From a virus (taxonomy: Duplodnaviria; Caudoviricetes), in the IMG/VR virus record IMGVR_UViG_3300041809_000086, positions 1 to 53,923 of that record: DNA of 53,923 bases; one strand, 5' to 3'. The position numbers and the translations under genes were made by a program. This document shows, piece after piece, positions 18,170-27,912 of this stretch (position 1 is the first letter of the stretch; the number at the start of each line of letters is the position of its first letter). Below the pieces are notes generated by a model that was not told the origin of the DNA, ran no database searches, and was given only the letters and a program-made list of their open reading frames with translations.

Positions 18170-19920
18170 ACCACCACCCCCAAATCCCGAATCATGCCGA
18201 CCGCGTCGGCCGCATATCGCGAATAGTCGATGTCGTCCGGCACCGCGAACCCTTCCGGCAGTTCCATCAGCGGCCGACAGCCGTCCGACGCGGCGACCTT
18301 GTTCCCGTTCGTCCGGTACAGGATCGGCGCCCCGCTAGTCGCGTAATACCATCGCACCGCGCGCCCAAGGAGCTGGCCGCACCATTCGCCGCCGCCCTTG
18401 ACCTTGCGGATATGGACGAACTTGCGCACATCCTGGCAAGCCTTGATGGTCGTCATGACGGGCGTCCCGGCTTTCATGTATGCGACGACCGCGTCGATGC
18501 AGACTTCGCCGCTCGGGTTGGGCCAGCTTGTTGCGACCGGCACCGGGCGGGCGTAGGCTCCCTTCAACTTGATTGTCCCGTCGGTCTTCATGGCGACATA
18601 GTTGTTCACGTCGCGCGACGCTATCCATGCGTAATCGGCCGCTTCCGTTTCGAACCCGGTTAGCTTGCACCACCATGCGACGACTTGATCGCGCAACCAT
18701 GTCATATCCTTGCGACACTTGATGACGATCCCGTCCGTGTTCGCCGAGACGACGCCGATCCCCGAGATTTCCAACATTTCGATCAGCATCAGCAGCGCGA
18801 GTTGACCCGTCACCGTGACTTGTATCCCGCCGGTCGGATCGTAGAAGATCGACCATTTCGACAACAGTTTGCCGAACACGCCGTTCAAAAAGGTCTTCAA
18901 ACTGTCCGCGTCCTTCTTGTTGCCCGCAGCCTTGGCCGCCAAGCGCCGCGTGTAAACGCTCTGATAGATCGACACGAACTGCGCCCCGATCGCGGGCGGG
19001 ACAATGCCGGTCTTCAAGATTAGCGTCGGATAGTAGGACGCGACATCGACATCTTGCAGAACAAAGGTGTCATCGGCCAGATGCACTTGATTCTGTTCCG
19101 AGCTATGCAGGCCGCCGATACCCATACGGTACACCGACCGGCCGATACGAATCTGATGGCCGCCCAACTCGACGGGCATGTCAACGCCCCCGGCGAAGGT
19201 CGTTTTGAACACCGATCGAGAAAGTAGATCAAGGATGTTCAAATTCTGAAATGCCAGCCATGCGGGCGGTCGATAATAGAACGCGGTCCCCGGCGAGACA
19301 ACCTGACGATTCTTGACGCCGGTCAACTTTTTCATGATCGATTCGGCGATCTGCGGGTCGGACTTGCTGCGAAGATCCATGTCGTACTCGGCGGACATCT
19401 GGACGCGCAAGGCGATCTGCGACGGGAAGGTGTTGAAAAGGTCGCGTGTGGTCGCCAAGTCGTTCCCGCAATACTCGCGCAGGGCGCCCCGCATGTCGGG
19501 CGTGATCGACTCGCTTGGGTCGATCGGCAAATCCTGCAACTTGCGCGAATGCATCTTGCCGCCGTATTCCTTCAAGCTGGTCCGGCCCGGCGCGATTTCG
19601 ATCATGTCGATATGGTCGAAATCGGGCGTTTCAAGATTCCATCGGGAATAGAATTCCCAAGGCTGCAAATTCATGCCGATGATTTCGTCGCAGGCTTGTT
19701 TCAATTGCGCATTGTTCGCCCCGGCCAGCGCGGCGGCGATCAAGGGCATGTCGAAATGGTTCCCGTTGAACGTAACGATAAGATCGGAAGACATTGCCGC
19801 ATGTAATTCTGCGATGTCCATCGGCTGACCGGGGAACATTTCGATATCTTGGATCGGATTGTCCAGTTTCACAAGAAAGTAATCCTTGTAAACTTCAATG
19901 TCCATCATTCGGGCTTGCAT
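18166..19920 (-). CDS. DNA polymerase, family B (phage type)
   Basis: Exonuclease motifs DIE, FNGNHFD and YCGND; polymerase motifs DVASYYP, KTFLNGVFGK and SANTDG. Confidence 0.9.
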   Translation of the reverse strand: MQARMMDIEVYKDYFLVKLDNPIQDIEMFPGQPMDIAELHAAMSSDLIVTFNGNHFDMPLIAAALAGANNAQLKQACDEIIGMNLQPWEFYSRWNLETPDFDHIDMIEIAPGRTSLKEYGGKMHSRKLQDLPIDPSESITPDMRGALREYCGNDLATTRDLFNTFPSQIALRVQMSAEYDMDLRSKSDPQIAESIMKKLTGVKNRQVVSPGTAFYYRPPAWLAFQNLNILDLLSRSVFKTTFAGGVDMPVELGGHQIRIGRSVYRMGIGGLHSSEQNQVHLADDTFVLQDVDVASYYPTLILKTGIVPPAIGAQFVSIYQSVYTRRLAAKAAGNKKDADSLKTFLNGVFGKLLSKWSIFYDPTGGIQVTVTGQLALLMLIEMLEISGIGVVSANTDGIVIKCRKDMTWLRDQVVAWWCKLTGFETEAADYAWIASRDVNNYVAMKTDGTIKLKGAYARPVPVATSWPNPSGEVCIDAVVAYMKAGTPVMTTIKACQDVRKFVHIRKVKGGGEWCGQLLGRAVRWYYATSGAPILYRTNGNKVAASDGCRPLMELPEGFAVPDDIDYSRYAADAVGMIRDLGVVV

Positions 19921-21101
19921 TTTTTCATCTCCAAATATTTGCCGTACGCCTCACTTTTCGGCTGAGTCAATCCTAAACCTTTACACCAATGATCGTTACG
20001 TAGCAATACCTTGCACATGCGTCGCCAGCTTGGTGCCCAATGCGCGTCTTCGAGGATCTTCGGAACTTCATCAGGAATCGTCGAATAGCCGCGCGTGCGC
20101 CATCCTTTTATGAACGATCGAAAGCGGCCCATATAATGACTGCGAGTCTTCGCCGGTAACGATTGCAACAGCAGATTGCAGAAACTCTGCCACGTATGAC
20201 CTTCGGGTTTCGTTATCTTGTTGTATCCGGTGATATTGCCGCGCTCCTGAATGTATACCGCTCCGGAGTTGGCGCCGTTGACTCGCGCTATCAGCTTGAA
20301 CCATGTCTGCGGTTCGAGAATGTGATAAAGCCATAGGCCCTTGCGCTGATCGTCTCCGTAAGGCTGGCATAATCGCTGCTGACTAATCGAGACTCCGGCC
20401 TTATGCATCTGATCGTAAATTCTGTTGTGGGGCAAATGGGGATAGTGCGCGTAGAATCGCCAAATGTCCTCCGTGCGCCAATCGTAGATTGGGTAAACAT
20501 AGTAAACCTGGTCTTCGATTCGCGTCGTGTACCGTTTTCCATCGCACATCTCCTTATCCCAAATAGCGATGGTTCGAAACCGATTCAGACTTTCGTCCGC
20601 GCGAATTCCGATACATCCTGCCGTTAGCGCGCCTCTCCCATACCATGCGCCGAACAGAATGATGAATTCCTCAAACTCCATACCGGGAACGAACCACGGA
20701 AGATCCTTGGCTGTCTTGGCGCACTTAGGCATGTCGCGCACCCATAACTCGCGCTTCGATTCGTCCCAACACATCCAGCGAGGCTCAAAATTAGTTACAG
20801 CATTGCGCAGTAACAAAGGCACACAGCACCACCATAGATCAATGTGCTCGGCGTACATCTCGACCATTTCATGCAGATGATCTATCGTCGCGGCGTATTG
20901 GGCTTCCAGGTCGATAATTAGCACGCCTACCTTGCGGCCGCGCCGGATAGCTTCTTCCATGACAAGGTGCAGGAGTACGCCGCTGTCCTTTCCTCCGCTG
21001 AACGACACATAGACTCGTTCGAAGTTGTCGAAGGTAAACCTAATGCGCTCACGAGCGGCAGTGAGTACGTCTGCGTCTTGATACTTTTTGAGTGTCGGCA
21101 T
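19905..21101 (-). CDS. ibrA: PAPS-reductase-like PP-loop protein with DUF3440 (IbrA/YbdN-like)
   Basis: VSFSGGKDS PP-loop, IDLEAQY, GIRADESLNR, YPIYDW, QRLCQPYG and PSWRRMCK..LRND.WCKGL. Confidence 0.85.
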   Translation of the reverse strand: MPTLKKYQDADVLTAARERIRFTFDNFERVYVSFSGGKDSGVLLHLVMEEAIRRGRKVGVLIIDLEAQYAATIDHLHEMVEMYAEHIDLWWCCVPLLLRNAVTNFEPRWMCWDESKRELWVRDMPKCAKTAKDLPWFVPGMEFEEFIILFGAWYGRGALTAGCIGIRADESLNRFRTIAIWDKEMCDGKRYTTRIEDQVYYVYPIYDWRTEDIWRFYAHYPHLPHNRIYDQMHKAGVSISQQRLCQPYGDDQRKGLWLYHILEPQTWFKLIARVNGANSGAVYIQERGNITGYNKITKPEGHTWQSFCNLLLQSLPAKTRSHYMGRFRSFIKGWRTRGYSTIPDEVPKILEDAHWAPSWRRMCKVLLRNDHWCKGLGLTQPKSEAYGKYLEMKKCKPE

Positions 21102-21102
21102 G

Positions 21103-22185
21103 TCAGTAAAGGTTCGCTTCAGTTTTGGATTGGGCGTCGGCCATGGTCAACGACGCTCGTCCGTTGACTACTAGCCACGCATTCAATGCTCGCAGCGCGG
21201 CCTCATTCGCGGCATTTTGCTCGTCCGGCGTCAGAAGATTGAATCCTCCCCGATAGATCGACGGGATTCCTTTGGCGATACATAGCGACGCTTGACCGAG
21301 CCACGCGATGCGGTTCATACGCTCGTTCGTCAAGTAGTGCTCGCAACTTTTCGTCCATTCCGTGACAACGCGCACGAGTGCCGCTTCGAACGCCGGTATA
21401 TCGCGTAGTAGTTCGCAATATGCGGCCTCGCATTGATCTTTAGTCTTGTCGTGCGCAGTTTCATAGAACCCCGCGCGGTAACATTCCCATTGATCCCAAG
21501 TGTGCAAGATTCGGCCGGGCTCTAGCACAACAGGTTCGCCATCAGTGTCTTGAAGAGGTACAAAATCGTCCGACGCATCTTCGATATCCCAAGATTTCGA
21601 GAATTCCTGATCCGCGAACAATTCGGACAGCCCGCTAATCTGGCATAGACGTAGAACCTCATCGGGTTCCATGCCGAGATTCGACGCGATTTTATTGTCC
21701 GACCAGTTGCGCCGTTTCAGTTCGATCACAATGTCCGACATGGCGTCTACGCGATGTTTTCCTCGCGCCCGATTGTGGCGGATCGTGGCGGCCATACGGT
21801 CAGCCTTGTCATAGCGCGATTCGTTGATGCGGACGGTCGGCAAGTATCCCTTAATCCGCGCGGCAATAGTAGGATCTTCTTTTCCGATGCGGTGACGGTG
21901 AAAACCGTCGATTACCTCGCGCTTGCCGTCGGCATCGGGCATCGTTACTATCGGCTGCGTATATCCGTCCGCGTCGATCGACACCCGAAGTAATTCCATC
22001 TCGGGCGGCGCGACCGAGTTGGGGTTGTAATCGTTTTGGTATACCGATTCGGCCGGAACCCACTCGACGAAATCCACTGGCTCATCGCGGAAAGGAGACT
22101 TCGCGTGAACGGCCGCCCGAATCGCGTTGATAGTTTCGACACTAGGATTGTCCAGCGCGGTTATCAATTCGATGATCTTTTGCAT
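21103..22185 (-). CDS. ibrB: ParB-like nuclease-domain protein (IbrB/YbdM-like) with an extra C-terminal domain
   Basis: NDYNPNSVAPPEMELL..SI..DGYTQPIV, VIDGFHR, TIRHNRARGKH and LGMEPDEVLRL, plus a C-terminal extension of about 140 aa. Confidence 0.85.
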   Translation of the reverse strand: MQKIIELITALDNPSVETINAIRAAVHAKSPFRDEPVDFVEWVPAESVYQNDYNPNSVAPPEMELLRVSIDADGYTQPIVTMPDADGKREVIDGFHRHRIGKEDPTIAARIKGYLPTVRINESRYDKADRMAATIRHNRARGKHRVDAMSDIVIELKRRNWSDNKIASNLGMEPDEVLRLCQISGLSELFADQEFSKSWDIEDASDDFVPLQDTDGEPVVLEPGRILHTWDQWECYRAGFYETAHDKTKDQCEAAYCELLRDIPAFEAALVRVVTEWTKSCEHYLTNERMNRIAWLGQASLCIAKGIPSIYRGGFNLLTPDEQNAANEAALRALNAWLVVNGRASLTMADAQSKTEANLY

Positions 22186-22195
22186 TTTCTTCCTC

Positions 22196-22223
22196 AAAAA
22201 GACCGCCCCCGAAGGGGCGGCCG
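22196..22223 (-). terminator. Rho-independent terminator after the SSB gene
   Basis: Minus strand reads gccgcccc-ttcg-ggggcggt-cttttt. Confidence 0.75.
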
Positions 22224-22230
22224 TGTTGCG

Positions 22231-23142
22231 TCAGGCTAGGTAGCCGTTTTGCTTCATGGTGTCCAGCGTCCAACCTCCCGCTAGGAAGGCTTCAAGCGTG
22301 ACGCCTGTCGCCAAGCCCTTGGCGGACAACTGCGGACCAGCCGGGGGTGGCGGGGCAGCAGCAGGCACCGGGGCAGCAGGAAGGCCCAAAATCGCCGCGT
22401 TGGGCGCGGCACCGACGGCAGGCGGTACGAATGCACCGGCCAGCGGGGGCGGGGCTTGGAAGCCCGTTGCGGGCGCGGGAGCGCCCATTGCGCCGATCGG
22501 GGTCAAGCTGGCCCCGGGCGGCAAGACGACGCCCTTTCCAAAACCGACGGTCTTGACATCAACGCCGTGGACGATCCGTTCGCCGTTGGCAACCTTCGCG
22601 ACCGCGACCGGGTTCAGATAGACACCCGGCTTGCTCGACGAAGCGTTTCCCTTGCAGTTGACGACGACTTGGACATAGTCGCCCAAGTTGATGTCGGCCG
22701 CCGGAACCGGAAGCGTCCCGTCGATGTTGCAAGTCTGAATCGGCGATTGATCCTCGAAGGTCATGACGGCCATGTTCAAAATCCAGTTTCCCGGATAGCC
22801 TTCGCGGCTCGCGTTCGTCTTGCCCTTCAAGTTCGGAATGACGCTGTCGCCGTCTTCGATCTTCCAACTGAACGACGGGTTTTGCGCCAGCGGGCCGAAT
22901 GCGGATTGGCCGACTTGCAAGACCTTCGCGCCGTATTCGGTTTGGTACCATGCGGACGTGCCGTTCTTCGGTACTGCGACGGCGATATAGAACTTAAACA
23001 TCGGTTTGCCCTGCCCTGCGCCGGTCTTGCCGACTAGGGGCTTGCCGTCCGCGTCTTTCGTTTGCGATTTCGTTAGCGATCCGCCGACCAGACGGCCGAC
23101 GGGGTTTGCGGGGGTTAAAAATTGAACTGTGTCGTTTGCCAT
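22231..23142 (-). CDS. Single-stranded DNA-binding protein (phage type)
   Basis: FSWKIEDGDS, EGYPGNWIL, GDYVQV, PGVYLNP and a Pro/Ala-rich tail; sits in a nuclease-SSB-polymerase cluster. Confidence 0.7.
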   Translation of the reverse strand: MANDTVQFLTPANPVGRLVGGSLTKSQTKDADGKPLVGKTGAGQGKPMFKFYIAVAVPKNGTSAWYQTEYGAKVLQVGQSAFGPLAQNPSFSWKIEDGDSVIPNLKGKTNASREGYPGNWILNMAVMTFEDQSPIQTCNIDGTLPVPAADINLGDYVQVVVNCKGNASSSKPGVYLNPVAVAKVANGERIVHGVDVKTVGFGKGVVLPPGASLTPIGAMGAPAPATGFQAPPPLAGAFVPPAVGAAPNAAILGLPAAPVPAAAPPPPAGPQLSAKGLATGVTLEAFLAGGWTLDTMKQNGYLA

Positions 23143-23182
23143 GTCAACTCCTACATGAAGGGACTTCGATACTACTTCAAGA

Positions 23183-24265
23183 TTACGCTTGTGTAAATAC
23201 CCGGCGCAAAAATCCGCCGTCGTCCTGAACTAGCTTGACCTTGCCCGGCGGCGTCTCGCTGAATTGCGCGATCAGTTCGGCCGGAATGCCCGCCGTGATT
23301 GCCTGCTTGGGCGTGATCGGCGACGACTCGGTCAATTTGATCTTGAACGTGTCCCCGAGCGCTTCGACCGCTGCGACGGGAACCTTCCAACGTTGGCGCC
23401 CTTGGCCTTGCTCGATCCGATATCCGGGGATCTGCTTGCCTGACTTGGCCGTGGATAGTGCGACCTCCTCAAGCCCCGACAATCGCGCTTTCAGTAGGTC
23501 TACGGATCTTTGCATGGTCCGAAGCTCTAGTCCCATCGCCGCAGGCTCCAACTCCATCGGAGTCGATACGCTTGCCCAATCGGCAATTCGCATCGTAGCT
23601 TGCTGAAGTGTCGTACAGAATGCGCGAGCGCTGCAATATCCGCATTCGTCTCCGGTGCGACATTCGGGATTGTCTCCTTGTGCTGCGACAATTGCTGCCC
23701 GGATTCGATTGCGCATCGCGCGAATTTCTGGAGCCATTACTGACCACGTCCGAACCGGACCCGCTACACTATAACTACGCGGTTGAATGATACGGAAAAC
23801 GAGTCGCATGAACTGCTCTTGTCGGCCATCGATTCTGAGTTGATCTAAAATCATACACGCATAAGTGACAAGTTGCGGATTCTCGAAGACTTCGACATGC
23901 CCGTGTCCAAACTTGTAATCGTTGATTTCGATCACAGCCCCGACATGACTCCATGAATCGGGAGTACCTCTCATAGTTGGATGCAAATCGAGACACGGCG
24001 ATAATCGTTCTTCGATATGATGCGGACCGTCGCCAATAGCTTCGATATACATCTCCGCACCTTCGATCATTTCCCAAGTGACAGGAATCCCGTTTGGCGT
24101 CGGATCATTGACTCGATGAACTCTCCCTTGTGCCAGTTCGGCCGCCACCCAATGCGCCGCCGTACCTTCGGCGGCAGCATCAGATGATCCGGCGTTAGGA
24201 AACTGGCGCGTCAGTTTCCACGAACCGGGGCATTGGATTACCCGCGCTATGGATGATGGATGCAT
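23183..24265 (-). CDS. DUF2800 / Cas4-like PD-(D/E)XK exonuclease
   Basis: PSS..R...CPGS, AAEGTAAH, GTPD, DYKFG, NPQL..Y, IIQPR and C.YC.A...C motifs. Confidence 0.8.
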   Translation of the reverse strand: MHPSSIARVIQCPGSWKLTRQFPNAGSSDAAAEGTAAHWVAAELAQGRVHRVNDPTPNGIPVTWEMIEGAEMYIEAIGDGPHHIEERLSPCLDLHPTMRGTPDSWSHVGAVIEINDYKFGHGHVEVFENPQLVTYACMILDQLRIDGRQEQFMRLVFRIIQPRSYSVAGPVRTWSVMAPEIRAMRNRIRAAIVAAQGDNPECRTGDECGYCSARAFCTTLQQATMRIADWASVSTPMELEPAAMGLELRTMQRSVDLLKARLSGLEEVALSTAKSGKQIPGYRIEQGQGRQRWKVPVAAVEALGDTFKIKLTESSPITPKQAITAGIPAELIAQFSETPPGKVKLVQDDGGFLRRVFTQA

Positions 24266-24945
24266 CAGACCCCCAACTTCGTACAAACGGCGGCAAGGAT
24301 GTCCGGCCGCGCTTGCAACAGGCCCCATGTCTCGACGCCGAATGATGCGAGAACTGCATCGACATCGGCCGTCTTGATCTTCCCGGCGGCGATACACGTC
24401 ACCATTCGCAGGGTTGCTGCGTTGAAGTCGGGTAGGGGCGTTCCGGGCGCGGGCGCTGCACCGGGGGCCGGAAGCGCTTGTATCTTGCGCATTTCCTTTT
24501 CGACTTCCTCTGCGACTTCAGGCAAGACGCCGCGCTTTTTCTTCCAAACCCCTTCGGCCGTCATCGTCTTCGTCGATGCGTGGATTCGCGCATCCCAAGG
24601 TAAACCGGCCTTGTCGGTCGTCGGTATGATGGGCGTGATCGCGGGCGGCGGCGGCGGAACGACGTTAGCGGGCGGGATGGGGACGGCGGGCGGCGGTACG
24701 GAAGGCGAAGTCGTCGGACCATTCTGCGCGAACACGGCTGCCAAGTTTATCGAAGTATCCGTCGGAACCTCGGGGACAGTCGGCGGAACTGGCGCAGCCA
24801 CAATAGAGGGGACAGGGGCCGCGCTCGGGGCGTTTGGGAACGGCAATTCCAACTGGATCGGATCAGTCTGCGGCGTGACGCTGGCCTTGAAATGGTATAG
24901 ATATTCAACTGCGTCCTTGTCGGTCAATGTAATCGTGATTGCCAT
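24265..24945 (-). CDS. Proline-rich phage protein
   Basis: DKAGLPWDARIHAS.K....G.WKKKRGV motif; RBS aggag before ATG 24945. Confidence 0.65.
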   Translation of the reverse strand: MAITITLTDKDAVEYLYHFKASVTPQTDPIQLELPFPNAPSAAPVPSIVAAPVPPTVPEVPTDTSINLAAVFAQNGPTTSPSVPPPAVPIPPANVVPPPPPAITPIIPTTDKAGLPWDARIHASTKTMTAEGVWKKKRGVLPEVAEEVEKEMRKIQALPAPGAAPAPGTPLPDFNAATLRMVTCIAAGKIKTADVDAVLASFGVETWGLLQARPDILAAVCTKLGV

Positions 24946-24964
24946 GTCGTTTTCTCCTAGGGGG

Positions 24965-25013
24965 TTGACAGCGAACAAAGCGGAGGTTAGCATCTTGTTG
25001 TCGGAGTTGTCAA
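24965..25013. promoter_or_regulatory. Overlapping divergent sigma70 promoters
   Basis: Plus strand: TTGACA(24965)-17 bp-TAGCAT. Minus strand: TTGACA(25013)-18 bp-TAACCT. Located at the strand switch. Confidence 0.7.
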
Positions 25014-25134
25014 CAGGGGTCGAAAGTGTCGACGGCGCGATGATCCGATGTCGGACGCTATTGCGGGCGAATCTCCAATTGTTGAGACCCGCATTAAACA
25101 CTTCGAAAGGTAATCGCCAATGGCCGGGGATGGT

Positions 25135-26799
25135 ATGAAGTTGCGACCTTATCAAGCCCAATTGTTGACCGATATTCGGTTGGCTTGGAACGCCGGGGCG
25201 CAAAATGTCCTGGCCGTCGCGCCGACCGGCTCGGGCAAGACGGTCCTATTCACCGAAGTCCTGCGCCAGCATGAAGGATGCAGCGTCGCCATCGCGCATC
25301 GTCAGGAACTTGTTGGACAGATCAGCATCGCCCTGGCTCGCAATAATGTCCGGCATCGGATCGCCGCGCCGTCGAGCGTGATCCGCAACATCGTCAGCGT
25401 TCACATGCGCTTATTCGGCCGCAGCTTTTACAACCCATCGGCGCATTGCGCGGTCGCGGGTGTTGACACGTTGATTCGGATGGACGCGGAAGATGCATGG
25501 TTCAAACAAGTGACGCTCGGCGTGCAGGATGAAGCGCACCATATGCTGAAGGCGAACAAATGGGGCCGGGGCGCCTTGATGTTCCCGAATGCTAAATGGT
25601 TGGGCGTGACCGCCACGCCGATGCGCGCCGACGGCCAAGGGCTTGGCGTCGATGCGCAAGGAATCTTTCATGCGATGGTTCAGGCGCCGACAATGCGCGA
25701 TCTTATCCGTATGGGGTATCTGACTGATTACCGGATCTTCGCGCGCGACGTAGCCGACCTTCACCTTGACGACATTCCGATCAGCGCGGGCGGCGATTTC
25801 AGCCTTGACCCGCTAAGGAACGCCGTACATGAATCACACATCGTTGGAAACGTTGTCGAGCATTACTTGCAACTGGCACCGGGAAAACTCGGCGTCACGT
25901 TCGCCGTCGATGTCCAGTCGGCCCATGATATCGCCGACGCTTTCAAAGCGGCAGGCGTCCCCGCTGCCGTGGTCAGCGCGGATACGCGGGATTCGGATCG
26001 TGTCGCAATTCTTGAACAATTCCGACGCCGCGACTTGCTGCAATTGGTGAACGTTGACATTTTTGGCGAAGGATTCGACCTACCGGCGATCGAAGTCGTA
26101 TCGATGGGGCGCCCGACGCATTCCTTCCCATTGTTCGCCCAACAATTCGGCCGGACACTGCGGGTCATGGTTGGCGACATATACGCCCGCAATTGGGACG
26201 CATACAGCGACGCGGAGCGGCTGATTAGCATCGCCAATTCGACAAAGCCGCAAGCGATCATCATTGACCACGTTTCCAACGTGTACCGGCTTGGACTACC
26301 TGATGCGCCGCAATATTACACGCTGGCCGGGCAGAATCGACGCGAGCGCGTCATCGTTCCGGTCAAGACTTGCTCGGAATGTGGTGCGTCATACATCCGC
26401 GCGGAAGTTGCCTGCCCATACTGCGCCTTCGCGCCCGAACCGATCGAACGCAGTTCGCCGCGCGCGGTCGATGGGGACTTGCAGGAATTGGACCCGATGA
26501 TCTTGGACGCCCTGCGCCGCGAGATTGACCCGGCCCCGCGCTTCCCCTATGGCGCAGATGCCAAGGTCCGGGGCGCTATCATGAAGCGCCACGCCGAGCG
26601 CTACGAAGCGCAAGTCGAACTGCGCAAGGCGATGGCGCTATGGTGCGGCCAGCGGACGCAGGATCAAGACGGCCCGGCGCTGCGCAAGGCGATCAAGGAA
26701 TTCTATCTGACCTTCAATATCGATGTACTGTCAGCGCAAGCCCTGCCGCGCAAGGATGCCGACCAGTTGACGCGTGAAATCTATAGGAGGATGACATGA
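25135..26799 (+). CDS. SF2 DEAD/DEAH-box helicase
   Basis: LRPYQ, APTGSGKT, DEAHH, TATP, EGFDLP, QQFGRTLR and a CxxC-CxxC zinc finger. Confidence 0.92.
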   Translation: MKLRPYQAQLLTDIRLAWNAGAQNVLAVAPTGSGKTVLFTEVLRQHEGCSVAIAHRQELVGQISIALARNNVRHRIAAPSSVIRNIVSVHMRLFGRSFYNPSAHCAVAGVDTLIRMDAEDAWFKQVTLGVQDEAHHMLKANKWGRGALMFPNAKWLGVTATPMRADGQGLGVDAQGIFHAMVQAPTMRDLIRMGYLTDYRIFARDVADLHLDDIPISAGGDFSLDPLRNAVHESHIVGNVVEHYLQLAPGKLGVTFAVDVQSAHDIADAFKAAGVPAAVVSADTRDSDRVAILEQFRRRDLLQLVNVDIFGEGFDLPAIEVVSMGRPTHSFPLFAQQFGRTLRVMVGDIYARNWDAYSDAERLISIANSTKPQAIIIDHVSNVYRLGLPDAPQYYTLAGQNRRERVIVPVKTCSECGASYIRAEVACPYCAFAPEPIERSSPRAVDGDLQELDPMILDALRREIDPAPRFPYGADAKVRGAIMKRHAERYEAQVELRKAMALWCGQRTQDQDGPALRKAIKEFYLTFNIDVLSAQALPRKDADQLTREIYRRMT

Positions 26800-27266
26800 C
26801 CTTTGACGAATGGAAATCTATCTATCCTGACGCCGCCGCCGATCTGGCCGCCGCCTTGATCTTCGAGCCTGACGCGGGCATGCTCCCTACCGAGTTGGGG
26901 CCGCATGAAACGCAGATTCAAGCCGCCGTTCGATTGGAAGCGTCGGCCAAAGGTGGCCGTCTTTGGCGAAACAATGTCGGCGTCCTGCGCGACAGCAAGG
27001 GGCGGCCGGTTCGATATGGACTTTGCAACGATTCGCCGCGCATGAATGCGTCGCTGAAATCGGCTGACCTTATCGGCCCGATGCCGGTCATCGTCACGCC
27101 GGACATGATAGGTCAAACGATTGGACGGTTTACGTCGCGCGAAGTCAAGGCGGCGGACTGGCATTACACCGGCACCGACCGGGAAATCGCGCAGTTGAAA
27201 TGGGCTGCGCTTGTCAATTCACTCGGCGGCGACGCCAAGATCGTCAACTCTACAGGGAGTTTGTAA
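26796..27266 (+). CDS. VRR-NUC domain nuclease
   Basis: E..IQ, LWRNNVG, SADLIG, REVK, Q..W...V...GG.A. Confidence 0.8.
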   Translation: MTFDEWKSIYPDAAADLAAALIFEPDAGMLPTELGPHETQIQAAVRLEASAKGGRLWRNNVGVLRDSKGRPVRYGLCNDSPRMNASLKSADLIGPMPVIVTPDMIGQTIGRFTSREVKAADWHYTGTDREIAQLKWAALVNSLGGDAKIVNSTGSL

Positions 27267-27267
27267 A

Positions 27268-27912
27268 ATGAAGATCGAAATCAAATTCAGATTTACCCCC
27301 GACATTTTGTTTTCTATAGAGGCCGATAGTATTAAGATCGCGCTTGAATCTGCTGTAAGCGTGCAAACGAACCTGCGCGGCGCGGGCCTGCGCAACGCGG
27401 ACCTGCGCGGCGCGAACCTGCGCGGCGCGAACCTGCGCGGCGCGGACCTGGACGGCGCGGGCCTGCGCAACGCGGACCTGCGCGGCGCGAACCTGCGCGG
27501 CGCGAACCTGCGCGGCGCGAACCTGGACGACGCGGACCTGGACGGCGCGGACCTGCGCGGCGCGGGCCTGCGCAACGCGGACCTGCGCGGCGCGAACCTG
27601 CGCGGCGCGAACCTGCGCGGCGCGAACCTGGACGACGCGGACCTGGACGACGCGGACCTGGACGGCGCGGACCTGCGCGGCGCGGGCCTGCGCGGCGAAA
27701 AATTGAAAAAAACACCATTGGTAGTTCTTAATTTACAATGGGACGTGTTGATTACTGACTCGTACATGACTATAGGTTGTCAGCGTCACACACATTCATC
27801 GTGGAACAATTTCGATGAATCGTCAATTCGAAAAATGCATCCGGACGCGTTCGATTTTTGGAAAACATGGCGATCCGCGTTGCTGTCCCTATGTGAAGGA
27901 CATTCCAAATGA
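27268..27912 (+). CDS. Pentapeptide-repeat protein
   Basis: About 21 A(D/N/G)L(R/D)x units; C-terminal IGCQRH...W domain. Confidence 0.9.
   Translation: MKIEIKFRFTPDILFSIEADSIKIALESAVSVQTNLRGAGLRNADLRGANLRGANLRGADLDGAGLRNADLRGANLRGANLRGANLDDADLDGADLRGAGLRNADLRGANLRGANLRGANLDDADLDDADLDGADLRGAGLRGEKLKKTPLVVLNLQWDVLITDSYMTIGCQRHTHSSWNNFDESSIRKMHPDAFDFWKTWRSALLSLCEGHSK
27369..27696 (+). repeat. 15-bp degenerate tandem repeats (pentapeptide-coding)
   Basis: gcgaacctgcgcggc and gcggacctggacggc units. Confidence 0.9.

Noticed and set aside
23183-24265. Cas4-like nuclease suggesting CRISPR-Cas
   Set aside because: No repeat-spacer array or other cas genes. DUF2800-type nucleases are routine in phage replication clusters.
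27369-27696. Short repeats as a possible CRISPR array
   Set aside because: Contiguous 15-bp coding repeats with no unique spacers.
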